Positions 1 to 9,015 of a DNA stretch of 64,000 nucleotides are shown here, piece after piece. Below the pieces are notes generated by a model, which did no database searches, was not told the origin of the DNA, and saw only the letters and a program-made list of their open reading frames with translations. Source of the stretch: a virus; IMG/VR virus record IMGVR_UViG_3300042197_000370; one strand, 5' to 3'. A program made the position numbers and the translations under genes. How positions within the stretch are numbered: position 1 is the stretch's first letter; each line of letters begins with the position of its first letter.

Positions 1-42
1 TATATTTCCTATGGCCATCTATTAGTCCTTATCTTGTATTTA

Positions 43-366
43 TCAATACGGACTAAAAGAACTCCCACATCCACATGTGCTTTGCGCTTGAGGGTTTTGT
101 ATGCTAAATCTAGCCCCTTCTAGATCATCTTTGAAGTCTACAGTTGCACCCATTAGGTATTGCGCCGATATAGGGTCAACTAGGACACTTGACGAACCTG
201 CCGGAATTTCGAAATCATCCTCTGCTTGTTCCTGATCTATAGTGAATCCGTAACTGAATCCGGAACATCCGCCACCCTGTACAAACATTCTAAGTTTGCT
301 TTTATTATTTTCTTCTGCTAAGACTTCTGATATTTTGATTTTTGCTGATTCAGTGATTGTTATCAC
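43..366 (-). CDS. erpA: Fe-S cluster insertion protein, ErpA/IscA (HesB) family
   Basis: GGGCSGFSY and C-terminal CGCGSSF motifs; GTG start at 366 overlaps the sod stop (GTGA). Confidence 0.93.
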   Translation of the reverse strand: MITITESAKIKISEVLAEENNKSKLRMFVQGGGCSGFSYGFTIDQEQAEDDFEIPAGSSSVLVDPISAQYLMGATVDFKDDLEGARFSIQNPQAQSTCGCGSSFSPY

Positions 367-917
367 AATGATTTTCCCCATCTAGTACTAATAACGTTCC
401 AATTAATAATCTTCCATTGTTGCTTTAGATATTCTTTTTTGTCGGATCCGTAGTCTAATATCCAAGCATGTTCCCACCAGTCTATAAGTAACAGTATATC
501 GTCACGTACTTCATGGTTCTTGATAGTTTTAATCTTACCGTTATACGCAAGATATACCCAACCTGAACCCTGTATCCCCATTGCTTCCTTCAAAAAATCT
601 TCTTTGAAAGAGTTATAGGATCCGTAATTCTTGTCTATAAAACCCTTGATAGGGCCGTTAGGCTGATTATTTTCACGTACTTTACGGAACTGTGTGAACA
701 ATAAGTTATGTAAAAACACCCCTGCATAGTTAAAGTCTCTATCACCCTCACGCTCATTGTATCGTTTAGCATATGTCTTAGCGAGTTTTTCGTAATGCAG
801 TTCTAATGCAGGTGCGGAAACCACAGGACTGATTTCCCGTGGTTCAAAATTCAATGGAATGATTTCAATGTCTTGAGGTTTAGACTTTTCCTCAAGAAGA
901 GTAATAATATCTCGCAT
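363..917 (-). CDS. sod: Fe/Mn superoxide dismutase with short N-terminal leader
   Basis: All four metal ligands recognisable: LHY, FLHN, DWWEH; catalytic Tyr in AKTY. Confidence 0.92.
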   Translation of the reverse strand: MRDIITLLEEKSKPQDIEIIPLNFEPREISPVVSAPALELHYEKLAKTYAKRYNEREGDRDFNYAGVFLHNLLFTQFRKVRENNQPNGPIKGFIDKNYGSYNSFKEDFLKEAMGIQGSGWVYLAYNGKIKTIKNHEVRDDILLLIDWWEHAWILDYGSDKKEYLKQQWKIINWNVISTRWGKSL

Positions 918-922
918 GCATA

Positions 923-929
923 TATTTAT
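923..929 (-). promoter_or_regulatory. Late-type promoter ATAAATA, 5 nt upstream of the sod AUG
   Basis: Resembles T4 late TATAAATA; no SD before the AUG; motif recurs at the same spacing across the window. Confidence 0.7.
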
Positions 930-1660
930 CGCATACTAAGATATTGAATAATCTGTTTGGTTGTATTGTCGTTAGATTTTATACCAGAGTGAATTTGGTC
1001 TCTGGCTAAATCAACCTTTTTGATAAACAGGTCATAAGGTTGAAATGAATTCAATGATGTAAATTGTATACTTAATATAGGAACGTCAATCACATTTGAT
1101 AACAATTGCGTAGTCAAAAACTTTCTACCATAGAAAAACCCAGTAAGTTCCCCTGTAGCCATAAAAGTTTTATATTCGGGTTCTTCTCTCCAAGACCCTA
1201 TAGAAATCATATTTTCATAGTTTGGAAACACTCCCATATATCTACTATGATCTGGCCATTGAATGAACACATACTTTGGTTTCTTTTTATACTTCGTGAA
1301 CCAAGTAATTAAGTTGTATTCTAGTACGTCTAATCCTGTTCCACCTATGGCCAAATTAATATAGTCTGTTTTTAAATGCTCTGCTATCTTATATGGATAC
1401 GTATCTTCTAGGGCTAGACCTACACCCTCTGTATGACTACAACCAGTAAAAAGAACGTAGTTATCAAAATCTAATTCGTTAGGTTCTTTACATCTAAATC
1501 CTAACGAATTGTAATTATAAATGATCCCTTTAGTTCTATAGATCCAATCTTTAGGTAATTGTGTTAGGTTTTTTTCAAATCTTTCAGCATCATCACTGCC
1601 CGTAAATGAGGTTTCTTGTCCACGTAATGTAGTACAAATAAAATCATTGAAGAATATCAC
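926..1660 (-). CDS. SGNH-hydrolase-like phage protein
   Basis: NSLGFR, GCSHTEG (GDS-like block), NLAIGG, RDQIHSG (DxxH). Confidence 0.6.
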   Translation of the reverse strand: MIFFNDFICTTLRGQETSFTGSDDAERFEKNLTQLPKDWIYRTKGIIYNYNSLGFRCKEPNELDFDNYVLFTGCSHTEGVGLALEDTYPYKIAEHLKTDYINLAIGGTGLDVLEYNLITWFTKYKKKPKYVFIQWPDHSRYMGVFPNYENMISIGSWREEPEYKTFMATGELTGFFYGRKFLTTQLLSNVIDVPILSIQFTSLNSFQPYDLFIKKVDLARDQIHSGIKSNDNTTKQIIQYLSMR

Positions 1661-2286
1661 GGTCTAATCCTCATTGATTTTACTTGAAGTGTATCTACTA
1701 CTAGATTTGCTATCCCGGTTTGGTCAAAGATATCACCCTGATATTGTAGGTTTATTACGTTTGATGAATCTACTAATGTTTCTTTATTTGGAAATACAAT
1801 TTGGTATATGGGATAATTTAATTGCTTCACTAGATTAGAAAATAATGCTTTTCTACCATTGTGAAACCCTGATATATTACCTGCATTAAGTAACTCTGTA
1901 ACATATTCATCATTATAATCTGCAGGTTTAATCCAATCTATAGTTGGACCTGATATCATCAATGCATTAGCAAACTCTGATGCTAATATAATTGTCTTTG
2001 GTGGTTGCTTAACTAAACTCAACCAAGAAAACAAATTAAATTTTACGGCTTCAATGCCGCCATTAAAGACAGAAAGATTATAATAGTCTGTCTTTAATTG
2101 CTGAGAAATTATATAAGGGAACGTTTCTTCTACAGGTACGTGATAAGATAAGCATACATTATCACCTACGAATAATATGTAGTTATGAAGATTTACATCT
2201 GAGATTTCTTTGCATCGATGCCCATATGAATTAAGATTAACATTGGGCGCAAAGTTATTTAAAAACCCATTAGATAACCCATTCAT
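1657..2286 (-). CDS. SGNH-like paralogue, probably degenerate
   Basis: NSYGHR, VGDN, YNLSVFNGG parallel the neighbour; catalytic Ser and DxxH not evident. Confidence 0.5.
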   Translation of the reverse strand: MNGLSNGFLNNFAPNVNLNSYGHRCKEISDVNLHNYILFVGDNVCLSYHVPVEETFPYIISQQLKTDYYNLSVFNGGIEAVKFNLFSWLSLVKQPPKTIILASEFANALMISGPTIDWIKPADYNDEYVTELLNAGNISGFHNGRKALFSNLVKQLNYPIYQIVFPNKETLVDSSNVINLQYQGDIFDQTGIANLVVDTLQVKSMRIRP

Positions 2287-2501
2287 TACCTACGCCTTAC
2301 GATACGTCCCTTTGTTAGGTCGTAAGGACTTAATTCAACTTCTACGTTGTCGCCCAATAAAATGCGTATCTCATGCTGACGCATTTTACCTGACACATAA
2401 CTTAAAATAGTAGTGCCGGTTTCCAACTTAACTTTAAAAGTAGCGTTGGGCATAACATCGACAACTTCACCGTCAAACTTAATCGTACCTTCTTTAGCCA
2501 T
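2286..2501 (-). CDS. infA: Translation initiation factor IF-1
   Basis: 71 aa; [31 protein letters not shown] is a clear IF-1 signature; GGAG SD. Confidence 0.96.
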   Translation of the reverse strand: MAKEGTIKFDGEVVDVMPNATFKVKLETGTTILSYVSGKMRQHEIRILLGDNVEVELSPYDLTKGRIVRRR

Positions 2502-2538
2502 TGTGTTTTGTTAATCTCCTCAGTTAAAACACATAGAT

Positions 2539-2567
2539 ATCATAACAGAAGGTACAGTATAAGTCAA
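2539..2567 (-). promoter_or_regulatory. sigma70-type promoter for infA (TTGACT-17-TATGAT)
   Basis: Near-consensus hexamers with 17-nt spacer. Confidence 0.65.
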
Positions 2568-2570
2568 TAG

Positions 2571-3161
2571 TCATTTCTTTAGTATTGCCCAAATTTTTTC
2601 CTTCTCAATTATATCTTGTTCCAATTCTTTATAACGTTTGGCTAATTCACGCAACTCTTCCCATTTTTCTTCTAGTTTTGGGTTAGGGTGAAGTATACCC
2701 AAACGTTCTTCTATCTTATCGAACATCTCCATGATGCTCTTACCTTTAATCTTTATATCACTTTCAAACTCTGCATCACCTTTAACGTGTAATGTAGGAG
2801 TACTAGTATCCCAACTTAGATTTCCGTTCAAATTGGGCATTGTAATTGTGGGTCCAGTACCACTAGTATTCCATTGATAGGTTGGGGTAGTTGTATTGGG
2901 GCTAGTGAATATATATCCGCCGCCAGTGCCACCGGTGCCACTAATTGCCCCGGCGCTACCTCCGCTACCGCCTCCACCTATAGCACTGATAGAGTACTGA
3001 CCTAAGTTTATTGAGTTTATTGCACTTATAGATATTGTATCTGTTGAGTAGTCTCCAGTGCCAGCAGTAATAGTAAACAAGTCTCCTTGTGTATCATTCA
3101 TGTTACTGAAATCTAATGAGATTATATCTTCGCTAGTTTGTGATATTTTATTGTCTGACAT
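2571..3161 (-). CDS. Hypothetical protein, Gly/Thr-rich middle and C-terminal coiled coil
   Basis: ORF track; GGGGSGGSAG low-complexity tract. Confidence 0.7.
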   Translation of the reverse strand: MSDNKISQTSEDIISLDFSNMNDTQGDLFTITAGTGDYSTDTISISAINSINLGQYSISAIGGGGSGGSAGAISGTGGTGGGYIFTSPNTTTPTYQWNTSGTGPTITMPNLNGNLSWDTSTPTLHVKGDAEFESDIKIKGKSIMEMFDKIEERLGILHPNPKLEEKWEELRELAKRYKELEQDIIEKEKIWAILKK

Positions 3162-3340
3162 TATTTGTTTGCCTTTTTAATAATAAGTCGACCTTTGTCA
3201 TCAACATCAATATCTACATCATCACCTTCTTTTAATTTAAGTGCTTCTAATAACGGAGGGGGTAATGGAATAACTAGATCACCGTTCTCATCTTCTTGAG
3301 TGATTATTTCGTATCTACGTTTGTCAATCGATTTGGCCAT
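3161..3340 (-). CDS. AbrB/MazE/SpoVT-family swapped-hairpin DNA-binding protein (59 aa, below track cutoff)
   Basis: Hand translation MAKSIDKRRYEIITQEDENGDLVIPLPPPLLEALKLKEGDDVDIDVDDKGRLIIKKANK; own sigma70 promoter. Confidence 0.75.
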   Translation of the reverse strand: MAKSIDKRRYEIITQEDENGDLVIPLPPPLLEALKLKEGDDVDIDVDDKGRLIIKKANK

Positions 3341-3345
3341 AATAT

Positions 3346-3374
3346 ATTATACTGTTGTAGTGATGCTACGTCAA
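3346..3374 (-). promoter_or_regulatory. sigma70-type promoter TTGACG-17-TATAAT
   Basis: Directly upstream of the AbrB-like gene. Confidence 0.75.
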
Positions 3375-3389
3375 TATCTGATTTACCCG

Positions 3390-3863
3390 TTACCAAGCCC
3401 TACATGACCAATAACGTGCCTTCCACCGTGGTCCGGGATTAGCACAATTATGTCTAGCACGGAAACTCTTACGGCGCTTTGGGTTAGACTTTTTAATCTT
3501 CATGTTCTTGTCGCCAAAGTTTACTTTAACTACTTTGCCGTTTGGCTTCTTCACATAGACTTTTGACTTAGCAACGTCACCTGCCATTGGCTTACCAAGT
3601 GGTACTTTACGTCCCTGATATTCTGCTTCGGTCATTGTTTCGTTGAAATCAAACTCTTTACCCTCAGCGACAAAATTGTTAAGGTTTAGGTATTCTAGTG
3701 TTTGTTCGTCAGCCTCTAGAATAATACCATCTTCTGTAAATCCTACTACACCCGTTTCAATAACGAAATCTTCGCTTAATTCGAAATCTACGCTATCATA
3801 AAGTTCGATTTGTTCGTTACTCAACTCTTCTAGTGTTTGCATTAAACTTCTTATATCGCTCAT
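3390..3863 (-). CDS. Bipartite phage protein: acidic N-terminus plus basic Cys-containing domain (KSFRARHNC...ARYWSCRAW)
   Basis: C-terminal motif recurs in T4-like phages; leader MSDIRSLMQTLEE. Confidence 0.7.
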   Translation of the reverse strand: MSDIRSLMQTLEELSNEQIELYDSVDFELSEDFVIETGVVGFTEDGIILEADEQTLEYLNLNNFVAEGKEFDFNETMTEAEYQGRKVPLGKPMAGDVAKSKVYVKKPNGKVVKVNFGDKNMKIKKSNPKRRKSFRARHNCANPGPRWKARYWSCRAW

Positions 3864-4438
3864 TTCTTGTCCTCTTTACTCAAATAAATTTTTTCTAATT
3901 GTCGAATAGTATCTTCAGCACTATTAGGAACTTCGAATTCATCTTCATGCTTTACTGCGATACCACCCGCATCACGCCACTTTTGTAAGTAAGGACCAAA
4001 GTCATCTACTAGTACTTGTGGCACACCGTCTTTCATAGCATATTTAAACTTAGCCGATGTAAAGATAGCATTACCTGATGTGCCTGGGTTATACTCATCT
4101 AACCAATCACGTTTTGCTTGTTTACTTGCCTCAGCATAAGGACCACGCAACGGTGCTGATAATACTGTGAAGGGTACATTATGTTTCTTTAACCATGCAA
4201 TAATTTGCATACCGCCCTTAAGAGGTTTTAAATCTCTGAAGAAATCATAAACTTCTTTACTAGAACTATGTGCTAACTGATTGATTTCATCTTCTTTGTT
4301 CTGTATGGCCTTCCAATGGTCAACATTGTTACGTTTAGCCCATGCACCAAAAAAGTCGGCTTGAACCCCGTCCATATCCAAATATAAATGAGGCTTATCT
4401 TTACCGATATCTTCAGTTAATAATTCGACTATTTTCAT
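3860..4438 (-). CDS. 5'(3')-deoxyribonucleotidase, NT5C-type HAD hydrolase, with N-terminal leader
   Basis: LYLDMDGVQADF (DxD motif I), LVDD motif IV, W..AGG. Confidence 0.85.
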   Translation of the reverse strand: MKIVELLTEDIGKDKPHLYLDMDGVQADFFGAWAKRNNVDHWKAIQNKEDEINQLAHSSSKEVYDFFRDLKPLKGGMQIIAWLKKHNVPFTVLSAPLRGPYAEASKQAKRDWLDEYNPGTSGNAIFTSAKFKYAMKDGVPQVLVDDFGPYLQKWRDAGGIAVKHEDEFEVPNSAEDTIRQLEKIYLSKEDKK

Positions 4439-4443
4439 ATGAG

Positions 4444-4459
4444 TATTTATCGCTAAATA
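4444..4459. promoter_or_regulatory. Back-to-back late promoters: ATAAATA (-, 4444-4450) and CTAAATA (+, 4453-4459)
   Basis: Divergent genes; the minus copy is 5 nt from its AUG, the plus gene has an AGGAG SD. Confidence 0.6.
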
Positions 4460-4494
4460 TTAATGTTCCATAATAACAACAATAGGAGAACAAT

Positions 4495-5040
4495 ATGGCA
4501 GAAGAGAAGAAGCCGCTATCTCGTAGTGAGCGTGAGGCACAAATTAAAGATAAAGCAGGTTGGGTTGTGGCATTATTTGCTGCGGTTTTAGCCATAAGCA
4601 CATTGGTGGGTGGTAGTAATAGCAGTAAGATTCTTACAAACACAATAACTGCGAATAATCTATGGGCATGGTATCAAGCAAAAAATACTCGTCAAACACT
4701 AATAGAATTTGAAATTCCACGTGCAATGCGTGACAAAGACATGGCTAGGGTTGAAGAGTTAAAAAATTGGTCTGCTAAACTAGAATCTGATCCTGACAAA
4801 GGTGAGGGTAAGAAAGAGATTGCTGAAAAGGCACGCAAACTAGAAGCAGAACGTGAAGAAGCACGTAAGCGCAGTCCATGGTTCACATACGGTGGTAGTG
4901 GCCTACAGATTGCAATCGTATTATTAACTGCTAGTATATTGGCTGTAAGCATGAACTTATTTTATGCTAGTATTGTTGTGGGTTTAATAAGTTCGGTGGC
5001 AGTTAGCCAAGCAATTTGGATGTGGATGCCGTTTATTTAA
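4495..5040 (+). CDS. DUF4337-like membrane protein
   Basis: TM - ANNLWAWYQAKN - coiled coil - two TM helices. Confidence 0.7.
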   Translation: MAEEKKPLSRSEREAQIKDKAGWVVALFAAVLAISTLVGGSNSSKILTNTITANNLWAWYQAKNTRQTLIEFEIPRAMRDKDMARVEELKNWSAKLESDPDKGEGKKEIAEKARKLEAEREEARKRSPWFTYGGSGLQIAIVLLTASILAVSMNLFYASIVVGLISSVAVSQAIWMWMPFI

Positions 5041-5368
5041 ACGTGTCAGGCCAATCTCGGTACAATGCATGTTGTATGTTGCCTTGTACAAATTGATTGA
5101 AACTTTGATGTTTAGTTTCTAATTCGCCTTCTTTAGGGGCAACTCTATTGAAGGCGTCGTCCATCTGCGCCATATTTTTAAATTCCATCATGATATGCCA
5201 TTCAGGTAAATCTGCTATGCTTCTAAAGCCCATCTTACAGCGTGTGATGCGAAAATTCTCCATCTTGTTTTCACTAACAAGATGCTCTAGAAATTTTCGC
5301 ATATTCGCTACCCACTCCGTGTCAGTTATATCTTCTGACTTGTCGCACCATATATGATAGATATCCAT
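5033..5368 (-). CDS. Conserved hypothetical protein (DUF6614-like, dimeric alpha-beta barrel type)
   Basis: DIYHIWCD...WHIMMEF...LYRDWPD; family assignment from memory. Confidence 0.5.
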   Translation of the reverse strand: MDIYHIWCDKSEDITDTEWVANMRKFLEHLVSENKMENFRITRCKMGFRSIADLPEWHIMMEFKNMAQMDDAFNRVAPKEGELETKHQSFNQFVQGNIQHALYRDWPDTFK

Positions 5369-6555
5369 TATTGATTTTTCTTCCAGTCATTGTATTCATT
5401 AAAAAACTGATCTTGATCGATGAATAGATTGCAATAAACTCTTTTAACACCCAAACCTTCGTTATTAGGAAAGTAATCTTGTATTGTACTTTTTCTGCGA
5501 ATATCTAATGTTATGCAATGCATACCACCATCCCAAAAGCCTCTTGTTCTCCAAGGCAATGCATGTACAGTTACTCCGTGTTTTTCTAATTCTTCATATA
5601 ACGGATCGTATGCATTAACACTGTCTATACACAATAAATTTTTTTCATCTAACATTATTGTGTTGACTTCAAAGAATGTTTCTTTATAATTTCCTATCCA
5701 TTCTTTACAGAACTTTTTAACATACCCATTAAAATGTCTAGGCATATTTTCAATAAAACCTACCCAATTATTTCCGCCGTTGTTAGGTATTGTTGCTTCA
5801 GCCGATAGTCCAATAGATTGACGGATCTTCTTCATCTTTTGTGCATTTACCCAAGAAGGTTCTTTAATGTTTATGTGTTGCCAATTAGGTAGTATTTTTT
5901 GATAATCGTTCCAGTAATGCGTAGTAAGAACTAACCCCGGCTTTACTGGCATAAAGCATGCATCTGCATGTCCGCCATTGGTGCTATAATGTATTCTGTA
6001 ATCGGCAAATTCGTTATCATATGTGTTTAAAAACTTAGTATAGTGTTCAAAAACTTTTTGTTTCTTTTCATGCTTGGTCATAATACCCTGATCAGGGTAA
6101 ACCCAAAAGTCAAAAATTATGTCTCTGCCCAATTTAACTATACACGCACCACTAACGACTCCTAATTGATGTAGTACTCTTGAACCGTGTTCTACTATAT
6201 TTTCTTTAGGATAATATTGCTTAAGTGATTGATATGAATAATTTGGCTGCCCGGCCATATACAACTTGTCTGCTATTACAGCATTCTCATCTCTAGGACA
6301 TATGGGCGGCTTTAATAAAAACTTATCCTTAAAGAGGTAATTTGATTTGTCTCCGTCAATTGTTGGCCTTCTTACAATGACTCCAAACTCTTTTAACTTA
6401 TTTTCTATAACGGTTAAGTCTTGTTTAGTCCATTCAGTAAGTTGATAAAAACTATCACGAACCTCAGGCTCAAGGTCATCGTAAAAATGTGCAGGATAAA
6501 CATCCCCTAACCAAATTTCTTCTAATGGATCCCAGTTGTTGTGTACATTAATCAT
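5368..6555 (-). CDS. Amidinotransferase (glycine/inosamine-phosphate amidinotransferase, pentein superfamily)
   Basis: NWDPLEEIWLG, CPRD, GHAD and GGMHCITLD (catalytic Cys) motifs. Confidence 0.85.
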   Translation of the reverse strand: MINVHNNWDPLEEIWLGDVYPAHFYDDLEPEVRDSFYQLTEWTKQDLTVIENKLKEFGVIVRRPTIDGDKSNYLFKDKFLLKPPICPRDENAVIADKLYMAGQPNYSYQSLKQYYPKENIVEHGSRVLHQLGVVSGACIVKLGRDIIFDFWVYPDQGIMTKHEKKQKVFEHYTKFLNTYDNEFADYRIHYSTNGGHADACFMPVKPGLVLTTHYWNDYQKILPNWQHINIKEPSWVNAQKMKKIRQSIGLSAEATIPNNGGNNWVGFIENMPRHFNGYVKKFCKEWIGNYKETFFEVNTIMLDEKNLLCIDSVNAYDPLYEELEKHGVTVHALPWRTRGFWDGGMHCITLDIRRKSTIQDYFPNNEGLGVKRVYCNLFIDQDQFFNEYNDWKKNQ

Positions 6556-6977
6556 AATGGTCCTACTATTTCATACCCTTCTAATTCACTTTTATAATCA
6601 TCAGCAAGACCTAGATACATGTACCTATAACCATATTGTTTATAATGGGCACACTCATTCTTAAGACTTTCTATTCCCAATCTTAACTTTGGATTAGCGT
6701 AGTCCCAAGCAAACTGCATATTCTCTATGTTGGTTGCGTCTAATCGCCTAACCATTGTGAACGCTACTAATTTTTGATCATCGTAATAACCAAAAATGTC
6801 TACGTTTACATCTCTATACTGATTCTCAAATATAGGAACTACGCTTTCAAATCTTTTGTAATCACAGTATTGTTTGAATATAGTATCAAGCAATTCTATG
6901 TTAGGTGACTTAATTAGTTTATATGTAGGAATCAGAGAGTAATTAGTTTTTCTTAAATCTACCCTTGCATATTTCAT
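6552..6977 (-). CDS. Aminoacyl-tRNA-protein transferase C-terminal (ATE/Bpt-like GNAT) domain protein
   Basis: YYDDQKLVAF...WDYANPKLRLG...YRYMYLG matches the ATE_C pattern; start moved to ATG 6977, 5 nt after ATAAATA. Confidence 0.65.
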   Translation of the reverse strand: MKYARVDLRKTNYSLIPTYKLIKSPNIELLDTIFKQYCDYKRFESVVPIFENQYRDVNVDIFGYYDDQKLVAFTMVRRLDATNIENMQFAWDYANPKLRLGIESLKNECAHYKQYGYRYMYLGLADDYKSELEGYEIVGPL

Positions 6978-6981
6978 GCAG

Positions 6982-7479
6982 TTATTTATTTCGCCAATTG
7001 ACAACATAATCTAAATTTTCTTTTGGCCAAGTTTTATAATAACCTAATTCTTCTAATTCTTTACTAGCGTCATTTAGTTTGGATAGTTTTTGTGCAAGCA
7101 CAAGGGCGCAATGCCCAAAATTCATTACTACCCCATTTAACTCTTCTACGTGATCAGGGTGGTCTTCAAGCAATACATAGTCATACTTTTTTAATAATTG
7201 ATTGAGTATGTCTACTTTATCCGCAAGATTTTTAGAAGTTATTTCTTTAGGATCGATGCAGTAAATCAGAACTTCCATTGTTCCTAATTTATAGAGATTA
7301 GAGGTTATCCAAGATTCTAAATCTCTATCAGGTTCCTTAAATATTACTTCTACTTGATTAGATGCTAGTGCTTTTCTAGCAAAGGGACAGGGAGGCCAAT
7401 TGCTCAATAACTTGTTAGGTTTACCTACAAAGTTGACGATCCAATCGTTCAATTGTCCACGTATCTGTCGTTCATCCAT
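6982..7479 (-). CDS. Hypothetical protein, weakly DUF1415-like
   Basis: WIVNFV...PCPFA and EDHPD motifs. Confidence 0.55.
   Translation of the reverse strand: MDERQIRGQLNDWIVNFVGKPNKLLSNWPPCPFARKALASNQVEVIFKEPDRDLESWITSNLYKLGTMEVLIYCIDPKEITSKNLADKVDILNQLLKKYDYVLLEDHPDHVEELNGVVMNFGHCALVLAQKLSKLNDASKELEELGYYKTWPKENLDYVVNWRNK
6983..6989 (-). promoter_or_regulatory. Late-type promoter ATAAATA, 5 nt upstream of AUG 6977
   Basis: Same spacing as the other copies. Confidence 0.65.
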
Positions 7480-7727
7480 ACTTTATTTGGCCTATAGTCT
7501 ATATTCATTACGGGTTTTCTATCAGGAATCAATGAAGATGGTTGTACAATATGTTCTCCATATTTCAATACAAAATAAGAAATAGTTCCTTCATCCACAT
7601 CATCAGGGAATCCTAATATGATATGTTTCAACCACGTAATTTTTGTACGTGTGATTTTCCTAATGATTGGATCACCGAGTATATCAGTGAAATCATTATC
7701 TTCTTTATATATGTAATAGTGTTTCAT
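7449..7727 (-). CDS. Hypothetical protein
   Basis: ORF track; start moved to ATG overlapping the upstream stop (ATGA). Confidence 0.6.
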   Translation of the reverse strand: MKHYYIYKEDNDFTDILGDPIIRKITRTKITWLKHIILGFPDDVDEGTISYFVLKYGEHIVQPSSLIPDRKPVMNIDYRPNKVWMNDRYVDN

Positions 7728-7927
7728 TTTTTCCACAATGTGAACGCAACATAGTCACGTTCATCCTCAAAAAAGAATACCCAACTGTTGTACATCTCAC
7801 CATTGGGATCTTCCATGTATCGCCAATCATATTTACAATTACGGTCACACCATTCAACAATGGGTTGAAGTTCTCCGTATGGAAGTTTTACGTAAATCTT
7901 AAACGCTGTCGGAATGCTGATGGACAT
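7724..7927 (-). CDS. Small phage protein (EWC..N...W...FE.E.D...F.L.W family)
   Basis: Paralogue of 13500-13700. Confidence 0.7.
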   Translation of the reverse strand: MSISIPTAFKIYVKLPYGELQPIVEWCDRNCKYDWRYMEDPNGEMYNSWVFFFEDERDYVAFTLWKK

Positions 7928-8438
7928 TGACCCCGCCCTGCTTTAAGAAATTCAATCCTGAGTTGTCACGGTATTGCTCACGGTAATATACTGAATTAAT
8001 GCCTGATTGATAAATCAGTTTAGCACATTCAATACAAGGTGCATGTGTACAAAACAATGTAGCACCCTCGCTACTTTCTGTAGACCTGGACACTTTAGCG
8101 ATTGCGTTGCTTTCAGCGTGTAGGACTTCTGGTTTAGTTTTTAGCCTGTAGCGCACAGGAATGTCTACGCACCCATCTTCGCTAACTATTTCATGCATTT
8201 CTTGATATGGCCAACGTTCTTCTATTTCATTAGGGTCTAACCAACCACCTGCATCAATATCCATATATTGTTTATCTTCGCAGTTGTTTTCCCAGCCAGT
8301 AGGCATACCGTTATAACCAGTACCAATGATTTGATTACCTTTTACGATTACAGCACCTACTTGTAATCGTTTAGCATAACTTAACTTACTTGTTAAGTCT
8401 GCTATATTCATAAAGTAATCTATAAACTTCTTTTTCAT
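7899..8438 (-). CDS. dCMP deaminase
   Basis: GYNG, HAESNAI and PCIECAK zinc motifs. Confidence 0.93.
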   Translation of the reverse strand: MKKKFIDYFMNIADLTSKLSYAKRLQVGAVIVKGNQIIGTGYNGMPTGWENNCEDKQYMDIDAGGWLDPNEIEERWPYQEMHEIVSEDGCVDIPVRYRLKTKPEVLHAESNAIAKVSRSTESSEGATLFCTHAPCIECAKLIYQSGINSVYYREQYRDNSGLNFLKQGGVNVHQHSDSV

Positions 8439-8761
8439 TCTTCTAACAAATCAATCTTGTTTGGCTTATCCTTCCACTCTTCGGCGTCAGGTAATGCATC
8501 TTTCTTCTTAACGATATTAGGCCATTTCTTAGCCAATCTTCCGTTCAAGTCTATCCAAAATTGCATGTTGGTAACGGATTTATCACTATCCTCAACAATA
8601 GCATTTACTGGGCATTCAGGAATACACACGCCGCAGTCAATGCATTCATCAGGATTAATGGCAAGAAAGTTTGGACCCTCATAAAAACAATCCACGGGAC
8701 AAACCGTGACGCAATCGGTGTGCTTACACTTAATACAATTATCAGTTACTACGTGAGTCAT
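8435..8761 (-). CDS. fdxA: 7Fe ferredoxin (FdxA type)
   Basis: [21 protein letters not shown]...[12 protein letters not shown]. Confidence 0.95.
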   Translation of the reverse strand: MTHVVTDNCIKCKHTDCVTVCPVDCFYEGPNFLAINPDECIDCGVCIPECPVNAIVEDSDKSVTNMQFWIDLNGRLAKKWPNIVKKKDALPDAEEWKDKPNKIDLLEE

Positions 8762-9011
8762 TTAAGTATCCTGTTTTAATAATATATTTTACAGCCTTAT
8801 CATAATCATTTTTATATGTATAAAGCAATAGATAATCTAATATACCAAATCTTTTACAAAAAGAAACTCCGAAAGAATCACCTTTTATAATATCAAATAT
8901 ATATTCTTTGCAAAACCTATCAAACTCTTTTCTATCAATAGACTTCAAATGTTTTACCGTACTTGAATTAGCATTATTCAAATGATGGAAAATTGATTCA
9001 GGTCGCATCAT
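8742..9011 (-). CDS. Hypothetical protein
   Basis: Track ORF trimmed to ATG 9011 just after the upstream stop. Confidence 0.5.
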   Translation of the reverse strand: MMRPESIFHHLNNANSSTVKHLKSIDRKEFDRFCKEYIFDIIKGDSFGVSFCKRFGILDYLLLYTYKNDYDKAVKYIIKTGYLNDSRSN

Positions 9012-9015
9012 AATT

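Noticed and set aside
2880-2990. GC-rich Gly-coding tract as a mobile or repeat element
   Set aside because: It is low-complexity coding sequence (GGSGG/GTGG) with no discrete repeat unit or boundaries.
5368-6555. Amidinotransferase as the archaeosine (dG+) synthase of the deaza pathway
   Set aside because: Known G+ synthases (ArcS, QueF-like, Gat-QueC) are different folds. This gene is 45 kb away in a separate operon. The link is not excluded but is unsupported.
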